Assembly: GCF_000002075.1 (NCBI RefSeq)
Contig: NW_004797533.1
Location: forward strand, 461,113-525,112
Reading direction: 5' to 3'
From: Aplysia californica
Lineage: Eukaryota
DNA: 64,000 bases
In this document: in pieces, positions 39,723 through 51,800 of the stretch
Numbering within the stretch: the first letter of the stretch is position 1
Layout of the letters: each line of letters opens with the position of its first letter
Notes under the pieces: generated by a model
The model's database searches: none
What the model was told of the DNA's origin: nothing
The model's input: only the letters and a program-made list of their open reading frames with translations
Program-made: the position numbers and the translations under genes

Positions 39723-40222
39723 ATCTTACAACCTGGTCTATTATCAAGTTTGCTCTTTAGAATGCTGTCTTCATGAAATAAAGGTTTCTATTTTTGTGAA
39801 TTGGAATATCTTAATGGAAGCCGACAAAGCACCAAAGCTGCATTGTCACCGTGCCGAATTCACATACTGCTCGCTTATCTACTGTTAACCCTGTTTTTAC
39901 CCTCTCAGGTTTTGTTTTTCGACACCAAACAGGATTCCGTGTGGAGTCAAGAAGGAAACTAGGACGGAGAAAAGCTGCAGTCCACGAAATGATTCAAATT
40001 TGGAGAGGCGACAATAAATTGTAAAATCACTATTGAAGTGACGACATTTCCCAAGTGGCTCAAGTGTAGATTCTAATGTCCTTCCGATAACATTGCTGGA
40101 CATTTGCGGTGCGCCTGGTCCCTAACCGCTCGACAGATGGGTCATCGATCTTCTGAAAACACTATTTGGGAGAAATGGAGCAGGGGGGATAAACTGTGAA
40201 AACAAGCACTTTTTGGTTTGGT

Positions 40223-40412
40223 TTTTGTTTTGTTTTAGTAGAGGTTTTACGGCGCTCGCAACTGCATAAGGTCATAGGAGCGCCAGAAGAAGATTAGAGG
40301 TGTTACAAGAGAGTAAGAAATAATAAAAAAGAAGGAGGGGAGATCAGGACAACAGATGTTTGATAGGAAAGAAGGAGCAAACCACACCAGAGCACCCGCC
40401 AACCACCCACAC
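40223..40412 (-). mobile_element. Retroposon S4 copy
   Basis: Reverse complement of 22108-22292. Confidence 0.75.
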
Positions 40413-40863
40413 ACTTTTTGGTCAATGCTTACAAAGATTTCAACTTTTTGTGCGAGCCATGCCAGTAAGTATGAATCAAATGAGTGCATCATTATATTGA
40501 CCTGTACTTGTCTGTATTAATTAACGAGATATGTAAAACAGAGATGGCATTCTCTCTTTTAATACCTACAAAGATTTTGATTTCCGGCAAGCTGTAAAAC
40601 TTGATTAACTACCAGGAACAAAGTTAGATTTAAAAATAAAAATCCGGAATGAAAAAGAAACCAATAGAAAAAACGATCAATTTATTGATGATGTTCATAA
40701 ATTTCTAGTAATAAAAAGTTTTAAAACGTTTTAAATGATATACAGACAATTTGTTATATCTCAGAGAGTTTTACATTTTCAAGGATATTTTACAAAAAAG
40801 TTCCTGACTGAGATCTCTCTGATATTGACAGTTTCAACGTGATTGGTTTTTATGTTCTTTGTA

Positions 40864-41040
40864 GTTTTGTTTAGTAGAGGTTTTACCACGCTCGCAACTG
40901 CATAAGGTCATGTGAGCGCCAGAAGATTAGAGGTGTTACAAAAGAGTAACAAACATAAAAGAGAAGAAGGGGAGATAAGGACGATAGAGTTTTGATAGGA
41001 AAGAAGAAGCAAACCACACTAGAGCACCCGTCAACCAACA
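40864..41040 (-). mobile_element. Retroposon S4 copy
   Basis: Reverse complement of 22108-22292. Confidence 0.75.
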
Positions 41041-41964
41041 CTTGTATGTTCTTCTTTTTTTTTTTAGACAAGAAAACAAAACTTGGGGCGAAAATGGATG
41101 TGGTCTTTTTACAAATGCCCCAATCAAACAGTGAAACAGTCTTTAATTTAATAGTAGAGATAGATAGCATTAGTAAAGTGCATATCCCCGTTCAACTCCA
41201 AGCTCTATTGGCTTTGCAATCCTTACTATTATTACCCCTTGTAAACATCAGAACACTTAACAGTGAAACAGTTGTCTCATAACTTTGAGGGATTTTTATC
41301 ACGTGACTAATGAGGTGAAACTGCTGATCAATAAAAGTTTCAGAGCTAGGGTCAGTAACCTTTCCGACCACATCGGAGCTCAGAGAAGGTCCGCTTGGCA
41401 GAGGGAAAATACACCCCAAAAAGACCAAAACAAAACAACAAAGAACAACCCCCCCAAAAAAAACAACAACAACCCCAGACCCAACCCAAAACAACAACAA
41501 CAATAACATAAACCACACACGCACACACAATCACNNNNNNNNNNNNNNNNNNNNNNNNNNNNNNNNNNNNNNNNNNNNNNNNNNNNNNNNNNNNNNNNNN
41601 NNNNNNNNNNNNNNNNNNNNNNNNNNNNNNNNNNNNNNNNNNNNNNNNNNNNNNNNNNNNNNNNAAACAACAAGTGGACCTGGTGTCAAATAAAGGACTT
41701 TGAATCATTTGAAAATAGTAGTACCTGTAATAGCAATGCTGACAGTTAATTACATATGAACATTATGTAACTGGCCTTTTTTTCTATAATCTGGCATGGT
41801 GGTTAACAACAGCAAAAGAACGAAAGCATGTTATCAAAGTTTTTAAACAAGCGATTAACGATGTGGTGAGATGATGCAGGTAAAGATTTCGGCGTTTCAA
41901 CGTTGATGCGTACAACAATAAAGTAATATGGATACTATGAAATAGATAAATTCATATTTCTGAT

Positions 41965-42219
41965 TTGGTCGCTTTTAAGCACAAGGGGGCTATCCCGAAA
42001 AATGATGTTTTGAGAAAATCGAAGGTAAAGTTTTTGGACTCTTGTTCAGTTTCTTTAAAAGTCAAGGAGAGTTTTCTCTGCTGTATATAAACAAATATAT
42101 ACACCAATGAAAACCAAACTTCTCCTATAGGTAGGGCAATGCCCACTTTTGGTGTAGGTCATGATTTCTGGAAATCCCCGAAATTTGGGTTAGCCCGCTT
42201 GTCCTTAAAAGCGACCAAT
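41965..42219 (+). mobile_element. MITE family M2
   Basis: ttggtcgcttttaagcacaag...cttgtccttaaaagcgaccaat. Confidence 0.8.
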
Positions 42220-42875
42220 TCTATTTATTATTGGTCGAAATGTGCCGCAAAATGTCTATGACCTGCTGCCGATCGGACATGGGTCCTCTTACGTCAACTC
42301 AATGTTAAGTGTAAATTCCACTCCCCCACCCCCCTCATGTCCTTCCAGACCTGCCATGTTCAAACTTTCAGATTTTTTTACCTAGTTAAAATGCTTTTAT
42401 GAGGTCAGGCAAAGGTTAAACTGAACTAAACTTGAAGTAGTGGCTTTTCCATACAGTGAATGTATGGATCAAGTGAAAAATAGGCTAAGGCACATTAATC
42501 CTACAATGACCTAACCTATTTTTCTCTCTTGTATGGCGGATTGGGGTTATTCTTAATTCTTCACAGAATTCAGTTCGTGGATCAATTAGTTGGTTTCTCA
42601 TTTGCTTATTAATTTCACAGGGATAGTTTACAGGCAGTGTTCAAAGGTAGCAGTGCTCAGGGGTACATAATTTACTGAGAAGGACGAGAAACAATCAGAC
42701 CTCCAAGAAAGTAAACTTCCATTTTACCATGTTACTCAAGTTACTGAGGTTCGATTCTCGTGTTGGGGATAATTGTTGAACGGGTATATTGGTCTTTCTG
42801 CGTGGACGTTGTATTCCTCTTAGCTCGGATTGGACTTGACCAACGGGGTCGAATTTTGTTTCATGTTTGATTGAA

Positions 42876-43134
42876 ATTGGTCGCTTTTAAAGACAAACAG
42901 GCTAACCCAGATTTCGGGGCTTTCCAGAAACCTTGACATTCACCAAAAGTGGGCATTGCCCTACCTATAAGAGAAGTTTGGTTTCATTGGTAAATTGGTG
43001 TGTATATTTGTTTGGTTATAGAGAAAAATCTCCTTGTCTTTTAAAGAAACTGAACAAGGGACAAAAACCTTACCTTCGATTTTATCAAAACAGCATTTTT
43101 CGGGATAGCCCCCTTGAGCTTTAAAGCGACCAGT
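42876..43134 (-). mobile_element. MITE family M2, inverted copy
   Basis: Reverse-complement body relative to the 41965 copy, same TIR. Confidence 0.8.
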
Positions 43135-45051
43135 TGTGTGTATGGGAGGGTAATGCATCTACATTAAAGACAACTGAATGGTATAAAGACAGCTGTATGC
43201 TATAATATTATATAGGTGTGGCTGTTGAGCCACTGTTCTTGCTATTGCAGTTGTTGTAGCCATCGCAATTGTCATTATAAAATTGTCATATTATCATAAT
43301 ATGGCTGTCGTGGATTGTTCTTTTAAATAGATGCTCTCTTAACAGTGTTGAGGAGTGTGTTCTTTAGACAAGAGTCTGTGATGTGAGGGCAAGGGTTGCC
43401 GTCAGTGAATCTTTAAAGAAACATTTAAAGACATCATTTTTTTGTCAGTAGATTCATGTTCAGTACAAAGTTATGTAAATGACTATGTATCCTTCTATGT
43501 ATTTTGCGAATTGCATTGTGTATATTATTTTATTATGCATGTGTATGTGCTCATTTCCTAACGATGTGTAAGCGTGNNNNNNNNNNNNNNNNNNNNNNNN
43601 NNNNNNNNNNNNNNNNNNNNNNNNNNNNNNNNNNNNNNNNNNNNNNNNNNNNNNNNNNNNNNNNNNNNNNNNNNNNNNNNNNNNNNNNNNNNNNNNNNNN
43701 NNNNNNNNNNNNNNNNNNNNNNNNNNNNNNNNNNNNNNNNNNNNNNNNNNNNNNNNNNNNNNNNNNNNNNNNNNNNNNNNNNNNNNNNNNNNNNNNNNNN
43801 NNNNNNNNNNNNNNNNNNNNTGTTCGTACATGCATTTACGTAAAGCGCCTGGAGCTGTGTTTACACGAGAGAGGGCGCTATAGAAATGATCTTCATTATT
43901 ATTAATATTATTGTCTCACAAGCTATGGGAGTAGGGTTCCTTATTGGGAAAGGCTACTTTTTCTATTGTCTATACTTTCTGTTGAAACGATGCCTCCCAC
44001 TCAAACCGAGTTGGCACCAAAGGGAATGGTTTAAATCGCCCGACCCTATATGGTCAAAATTGTGTCAATGGGGTATAATATACTTTTAAAATAACGATCA
44101 CACGTGTGTATTAAAATTGATATTGCAAATCGTATTATTTCGTTCAAATAACGCACCCAATAATTCAGCTCATGGTTTCGAACTTAAATGCAGACTGGAT
44201 TATTCTGGAGTCTTCATTGAAAAATGTTTTCCCATTGTGCACCTTGTATGTTCGAGATTAACTGCTTGACTTCTTCAGAACGTTCTAATATATTTTTGTA
44301 TCCTACTTTTATGACGCTTCATTCCGAACAATAATTTTAGTTACTATTTATAGATGCTCAGTCTATGGTCATGGTCTTTTTTATTTGATGACTTTTTATT
44401 TGTAGTTTCTTTTGAAAATATTCTTTTAAACAGTTTTGCCTTGCTGATGTCTGTGAACTGCACACAGTCATTGTTTATTGTAACATGGTTTCAGCTTTAT
44501 CACCAGCGATTGTGGTGTTGCGAATAAACGTTTAGCCGTCACAGCACTCAGAAAAGGTGAGTTCGATTTCCAAGTTCGGACTTTTTGGGTTATATTTTTT
44601 ATAATTATTATAATTATTAGTACCAGTATTATTATTATTATCATTATCATTATGATTATATTATAATCATGACATATTATTATCATTATCATTGTTATTA
44701 TTATCATCATCCTCATCATCATATTCATTATTTTTATTCATCGAGTATCTCCGTCTGTCTTCTGGGACGCTGTATCGCTCTCAGCCCGGACTGGCTCTTA
44801 CTGGCATGGTCAACGTTGCACATACCCCTCAATGATCTAAACAGTGCGGATGGGACGTAAAACACCAACGGTTACAATTACAATTGAATCAGAACAGGTC
44901 ATATATCGAGGAGTATGCCGTTCTCCGATTTTACTTAACCAAGTTGTCTTGGAAACTCCTAAAGCAGTACAAGTTCAAAGAATGCCCTAGATGGACTCGA
45001 TCTGAGGCATTCTGCACCACAGTACAGCATTATATCAACTGAACTGAGGGC

Positions 45052-45212
45052 GCGGGAGGTTGGTAGATTTGCTCCTTCTTTCCTATCCAACATCTACAGT
45101 TTTTATCTCCCCTCCTTCTTTCTTGTGTTTGACATTCTTTTGTAACAGCTCTAATCTTCTGCACTTATATGACCTTATTGTGTTTTAGGTGCCGTAAAAC
45201 CCTTACTAAAAC
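45052..45212 (+). mobile_element. Retroposon S4 copy, diverged
   Basis: tttgctccttctttcctatc...tatgaccttattgtgttttaggtgccgtaaaacccttactaaaact. Confidence 0.65.
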
Positions 45213-45374
45213 TGACCGAACTGAGGGCGTGCTCTATAAACTGAGATACAAATAGCTATACAGACGTAGGAACCTACATGTCTTGTGAAACTATACGAGT
45301 CTTCAGTTTGAAGGTAGAAGAAAACCAAGCAGTCTTCTTCAACCTCTTACTTTTTGTGTGTTTTTACATGAAAT

Positions 45375-45665
45375 CATATGAGCGCGCGGGGACACACGAA
45401 ACATTTTCAGTTGGTAGGAAATTTTGAATTTTGCCCGGGTGCCGGCCAAAGCCTACTCTTATCGATTTTAGACCACCAAGGAATCTTTAACGTGCGCAAC
45501 TTGGAAACGAGAGGGCTAGGTGTAGATCTTTCCTACCAGAAGATCATGGGTGTGGCTGAAAGACAACAGTAAGAAGGAGCCAAGGAGTAGCAGTAGAAAG
45601 GCTGCAGAAAGAGTCAGGAGCCCAGAGGAGGGGGAAAAAGGAAGTGAGGGAGTGAGGCCAATAAA
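45375..45665 (-). mobile_element. SINE family S3, 3' half
   Basis: Reverse complement matches 10300-10610. Confidence 0.7.
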
Positions 45666-46876
45666 GATAAATGTAATGTCTTGGGGTGATCACTTTGCAA
45701 GGACAGTATCGATGGGGTTGTTTTTTTCTTTCAAAGTGATAGCACAATCATCTCATTAGAATTCTATTTACTGCTTGTTGGGTGAATTTCTGACACTTAA
45801 GAATTAGAAACATAATGTGTCTCGCTATAAAGTGTTTCTATGTTTCATAGGAAACTCTCAGACTTTGTACCGACGAGAGTGAACACTACGAACAAACCCG
45901 TGTTGTGCAGTTTGTTTCGAACTTGTCTAATACATGATGTCAAGGGTTCAGATAACAGCAAGGCCTAATTTACTTTCGTATTTCCAGCGTATGTTTTACG
46001 TAAGGAAAAAGTTCTAACTGGGAAGCCACAATTTAACCTTTGAAATAATGCACTTAATGTCTGATCAGCTTGTAAGCTCAATGCTAGAATATTTTAATAT
46101 GAAAAAAAATGAGTCCAATGCTACATTTAGCGTCAAAAAGTAACTTAAGTTGGACTTCTTACTCTATTTTTATCTTCGACAGGATCGACCCAAGTAAGCA
46201 AAGTACCTTGAACATTCACTAGAACAATCAAGGTTTATAAACACCACTTGGGATTTGAAGTAATATCACAAGGGCCAACTGAGACATGCATGTACAGATC
46301 GTAAGACTATCCGAAAAACAAACAACGAAGACTTTGCACTCTTTGCCATACAAGCTTTTCAAACAGAAACTTAAACATAATACATTATACAAAATCTTTA
46401 TTTATTTTATATCACTTGTATTGGAAAAAGCGCACCCACGACCACCAAAAGAGAATGCCGTTTTGTTTTTCCTCCAAGAAACCTGAGTTATGAAAGGTAG
46501 CTCATTACTGCTATTTAGTGTAAGCAAGACCTTTATGATGTTTGTTCTTTAGCATAAGTATTTACTGAGTAGTATCCATTTCTGAATCAACCTTCTAGGT
46601 AAGTTTATCTTTCATGTGTTCTGATTGGTTATGGTGTAATTGTCTCCAAAACGTTACGTTGTATCCATAATATTATGTCGGTGACAGCACAGTTTTTGTG
46701 CTATAAAAACATTCTTTAAAAACGACGTTTATGCAGTGCACTATAAAATATATGTGTGTATGTGTGGGGTGGAAGAGGGGAGGGGGGTCTGGCAAATGAG
46801 GAGCAAAGTTAAGTACTTTTTGTGTGCTCAGTCTGCTATCTCGAGACTAGCGGATGGAGGAGAGCTATACAATAAT

Positions 46877-47315
46877 GTGTCTCCACGTGGTGGAATCAGG
46901 CGCTCGTCAGTTTTGGGGCATACGGGGTTATTGGTATTATCTTAAAGCCTGTTTTTTGCCTTCCTTCAAGTGAAAAAAATATTCATTTATTTCGAATAGA
47001 AGTCGAAATATTTGCAATGGAAGGAGGCTAGGGTCGTCTGGTTTCAGAGGTAAAATTAGAGAGAAAAAGGCGGCCAAAGTTAAGTAACTTCCATTGCCTG
47101 AGAGTTCTTGGAAACTAAAAATGTACATTGTTGTGCCTTAAATCAATGTCTTTCAGTAAAATCCACACAACAATGTGTTTTAAAATGGGCATAAAAGGTA
47201 TTAAGCCAAAAAATGAAAAGAAATGAAGAAAAAAATTGCCCATCGGCCAAAAAAATGCCAATTTCTTTGACTTCATTATTTTGACGAGCCCCTGATTTCA
47301 ACACAATGCATCCCA
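46877..47315 (-). mobile_element. MITE family M1, diverged inverted copy
   Basis: 46886-46946 is the reverse complement of the M1 right arm; the other arm is at about 47270-47315. Confidence 0.7.
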
Positions 47316-47798
47316 TATAAGGAAACACGACATGCTGTGATTGTAAAGCATTAACATTTATGGGATATTTGTTAAGCAAAGTGCAGATGCCATTCATCAA
47401 ATACAATAAAACAGATACATAATATATCAAGTATCTTTTCCTTTGATTAAAATGCTAAGGTATCAAGCCCACAGCTATTATTTTGTTCTTGTCGATTTAC
47501 TGATATACATCGACTTACTCGAAATGTTGTTTTTGATTATAAAATATTTACTCAGAGTTTTGTTCCACTTCCACAGCCTTTTCTGAAAAACAAACAAACA
47601 GGCCATAGCCACGATAAAGGAATGCAGTTATAAGTACCAAAGAACGACACATCCTAATGATTTCCTTTATGGAAGATTAAGCATAACCAGCTAATATAAA
47701 GTATAAAGATCATCGGCTTAAGTTACAGAAATTGATGTTCGTAAAACGCATTGACGTCATTTCTGCCTGTTTATGGGAAATATAATATTTTAATACAT

Positions 47799-48192
47799 GT
47801 GAGGCATCGTGGTGAAATCAGGCTCTCGTAAAAATTATAATGAAATTAAAGAAACCGCCCCCCCCTCCCCCTCCCCCATGGTAGTTTGCCACTTGTTTGT
47901 TTTTTTCGGATCGGGAGGGGAGGGGGGGGGGGGTCAACGCCTTTGACTGCGTTTAAAACACATTTCTGTGCTCGATTTACTTAAAGGACCCTCAAGTTTT
48001 GGAAGGCATCAAATTATGGCGGCCATTTTCCAGCTAATTTTACATTGGAATCCTGGCGACTCTCCCCACCCCAAACCCCACCCCCAACTTCATCAATAGC
48101 AAAATCACTGGGTTTTTATTCAAGATAGCTGGGTACAACTTCATCAAAAGAAAGACAAACTTAAAAAGAAAAAAACGAGCGCCTGATTTCAC
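47799..48192 (+). mobile_element. MITE family M1, diverged copy with clipped right TIR
   Basis: gtgaggcatcgtggtgaaatcaggc ... gcctgatttcac, directly followed by the next M1 copy. Confidence 0.7.
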
Positions 48193-48196
48193 ATAT

Positions 48197-48622
48197 GTGA
48201 GGCAGCGTGGTGGAATCAGGCACGCGTCAAAATAATCAAAATGAAGAAACTAGCCTTTTTCCGCAGGTTTGTGAATTTTTTTTTTTTTTTTTTTTTTTTT
48301 GGCTCAACACCTTTCATGCCCATTAAAGAACTTATTTCTGTGTGGATTTTTCTGAACAACATTGATTAAAGACACATAGAATGTAAATTTTCAGTTAAAG
48401 CGGACTCTTGAGCTAAAGAATTAACTAACCTTTGGCTACTTTCTCACTAATTTTACCTCTAAAAACAGGTGACCCGATCTTCTTTAGTAAATATCTCGAC
48501 TTGTATTCAAGATAAATGGATACTTTTTCATCCAAATAACAAGTGAACACACTTTAAGATGATACCAATGACTCTACTTGCCCAAAAATTGACAAGAACC
48601 TGATTCCACCACGCTGTCTCAC
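48197..48622 (+). mobile_element. MITE family M1, full-length
   Basis: TIR about 25 bp: GTGAGGCAGCGTGGTGGAATCAGG / CCTGATTCCACCACGCTGTCTCAC; flanks atat/ttat. Confidence 0.85.
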
Positions 48623-48741
48623 TTATTGACTCTGCCTGCTGTCGTTATAATAATGTGCCGATCATTAATTAGACATCAAGCGCTTTGTCCACAGCAATGG
48701 AATTTGGATTTGACTTTCGCCGTGTAGGGGTCATCCTGGGG

Positions 48742-48837
48742 TCACTGTGATCGTCTGCAGATGGAGCATTGGCAGCTGCGAGCAGACTTGAAGGTCTTCT
48801 GCTGGAACCCACTTCTGCATGCGACCCACACTTTCAC
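48742..48837 (-). CDS. GPA2: GPA2 coding exon 3 (C-terminal Cys cluster, stop)
   Basis: Acceptor cattattttacag|GTG; encodes VKVWVACRSGFQQKTFKSARSCQCSICRRSQ*. Too short to appear in the ORF track. Confidence 0.93.
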   Translation of the reverse strand: MKVWVACRSGFQQKTFKSARSCQCSICRRSQ

Positions 48838-51800
48838 CTGTAAAATAATGTTGTTGTTTTTCTATTTTATTCAATATTTGCTGTTTTGTTTTTAAGGAAG
48901 GCAACATGTTTTATGACACAACAGAGGTAATTAATTGTGAAAGCTGGCGCTGTTGGGTGGCATCTAATTCCGTTGCTTTTTTTAAGGATGGTCTAAGTTT
49001 CAAATGTAAGCACACATACATACACAAAGACACACACACACACACACTACCCTTCCCCCACAAAACACACAAATACACATAATATNNNNNNNNNNNNNNN
49101 NNNNNNNNNNNNNNNNNNNNNNNNNNNNNNNNNNNNNNNNNNNNNNNNNNNNNNNNNNNNNNNNNNNNNNNNNNNNNNNNNNNNNNNNNNNNNNNNNNNN
49201 NNNNNNNNNNNNNNNNNNNNNNNNNNNNNNNNNNNNNNNNNNNNNNNNNNNNNNNNNNNNNNNNNNNNNNNNNNNNTTCTGTGTTATTTCTGTCTAGATG
49301 CGAAAAGCTTTCGGCTCAATCAATAGTAAACCAATGATACTTTCTTATTGTTCAAGTTGTTTTGATTTCGAATATAACATTGTTTATGGCCTTAATAAAA
49401 TAAAGTTATGCATCTCACTAACCAAAAACAAACAAAACACACAAACAAACAAACAAGAATAAAAAACAAACAAAAAACAGAAAAAAACTAAACTAAAAGA
49501 AAAAAAAGAAACCAAATAAAAACTGAAAAGCCTTGTTCGAAGCTACACACACACTCTCCAGCAACTTAAATTATTAAAGAATGATGATGGATTCCGTGAC
49601 TGGCCTAGCAACCCGACGGCGGATATGAGTAAGTCATGCTACAACGCTTAACGGCAAACGAAGATGAAAAAGTAAAAGTAAGTAAAGATGATGGATTTCT
49701 TTTGCCTCAACATCTTATGGGATCAAGGAATCAACAGGACGGGACAGACAACTCTGCAATCAGTTTATTATTAACACTTTGCCTTCACAAGGTTCATATA
49801 GTAAAAGCTCTTGCCATCAAAGGCAAGGGCATTTTGGGGAAAATCCAAAGAAACTGGATGGTAAACATTGCCGATCAGCGAGATGTGATGGCAACGTGTT
49901 AAAGATTTAACACTCCTACTTTGACCCACTAAGCTTATTAAGTGGGATTATCTCTGTTTGTTTGTTTGAACGACGATGTGCACATTGTAAGAATAACGGT
50001 CATGTAGTGCAGCAGGGAAAACAATAAGTCGAAAAGAAACAACAGAGGGCGGAAAGAAAGATGTAGGACTTACAAGTGGCGCCCCCAACGAACCGTTTGA
50101 TCTCTTTCGAATCAACGATCAACATTTTTCTATTTATTTTTTTTCTAGGCGTTTCTAAAGAATTCATACTAGGAAAATTCCCATCAAGAGATTCGAGCTT
50201 GGATTGTAAGAAACCTAACGAAACATACTTTAAAACTCATCTGTGTCGTACCCATGAGAGAGGCAATTCACATGAATACTAAAAGGTCAAACAGTGCAGT
50301 GTTAGGAAATACGTAACACAGATTTATCACGTGCCGTGTACGGGTATGTGATGAAGATAATGTGAATAGTGCAATAATCAATGGTAGGAGCGCTACAATG
50401 ATTGGACCGGCATATTGATTTGTATATTACAATAAAATATAGATATAACAAGTTAGCCCCCTAACACAACGCAATTATATAAAATAGATTGATATTTCTG
50501 TGGTGTGAAATAGAAAACGTCTGCAGTTATTTATTTACCCTCCTTCTAAATAACGTTATCCCTAGAAATGTGTCAATGTGGTAACATATTACGATTTATG
50601 AGCTATTCTGATCTTTTCCATTATGTTGTGATTAGATTGTCCAGGTGATCTGCAGTTCGCGAGATGAGTGCTACCTAGTAACAACTGCAGTTTCCCACCT
50701 GTGCAAGTCTGTGTCACAGCTGTCTGTTGAGTACATTAGTACCCTGAGCTATTATTTCCCCTGTTTCGAACAATTTCAGTACACTCTGTACCATATTTTG
50801 TACTTAGTCCCGTTTTTACAGCTGGAATTGAGTCTACTGGTCTGGCTCGTAATCGTGAGGTTGCGGGTTCGGGGGTCGAGCAACAGGCCCGAAGTTGTGT
50901 TCTTGGGCAAGGCACTTTACACGAATTTTCCTCACTTTACCCAGGTGGAAATGGGAAACTGGCCATAGACAGCGAAAGATCTTGTCAGTATGTAAGTGTT
51001 TTAGCGCCTATAAATGGCTGCTTGCACTGTATGCTTTCCAGGAAGCTGAGGTTGTTTCAGAATGCTCTTAGGTATGCTGGGGTAATAGTATAGATTGTGA
51101 AGCACCTAGAGCTGCTGTTGAGTGGGGATTTGCGCTATACAAATGTGAGGCAGCGTGGTGAAATCAGGCTCTTGTCAAAATAATCAAAGTGAAGAAACCT
51201 GCATTTTTCTGCAGGTTTAAGAATTTTTATCAAATGGTTGTTTTTTTTAAACTCAGAACCTTTCATGCCCATTAAAAAGTCATTTATGTGTGGATTTTTC
51301 TGAAAAACGTTTCTTAAAGGCACAAGAAATGTTGATTTTCAGTTACCACGGACTCTTAAGCTAAGCAAATAACTAATCTTTAGTGGCCATTTCCTCACTA
51401 ATTTTACCTCTGAAAACAGGTGACCCCCACCTCCTTCTTTCTTAAATATCTCGACTTGTATTCAAGATAAATGGATATTTTTCATTCAAATAAAGACAAG
51501 TGTACAAGCTTTAAGATGATACCAATAACTCAACATGCCCAAAAATTGACGAGAGTCTGATTCCACCACGCTGTCTCACAATTGCTATCTATTATTGTTA
51601 TTATTATTATTTTTAAAAAAACAACATTTCGACGCAATAACGGTCATTTAGAGCTCGGAAAAAGTAAGACAGACATGTAGAAACAACAGAGCAGAGAAAG
51701 AAAAGATGTAGTAGGGCCTACCTACCAGTGGCGCCCTCTAACCACCCGCGTTTTCAAAGTCATTGACGTCAAAACCGGAACATTTTAGTTAGTACAAGAC

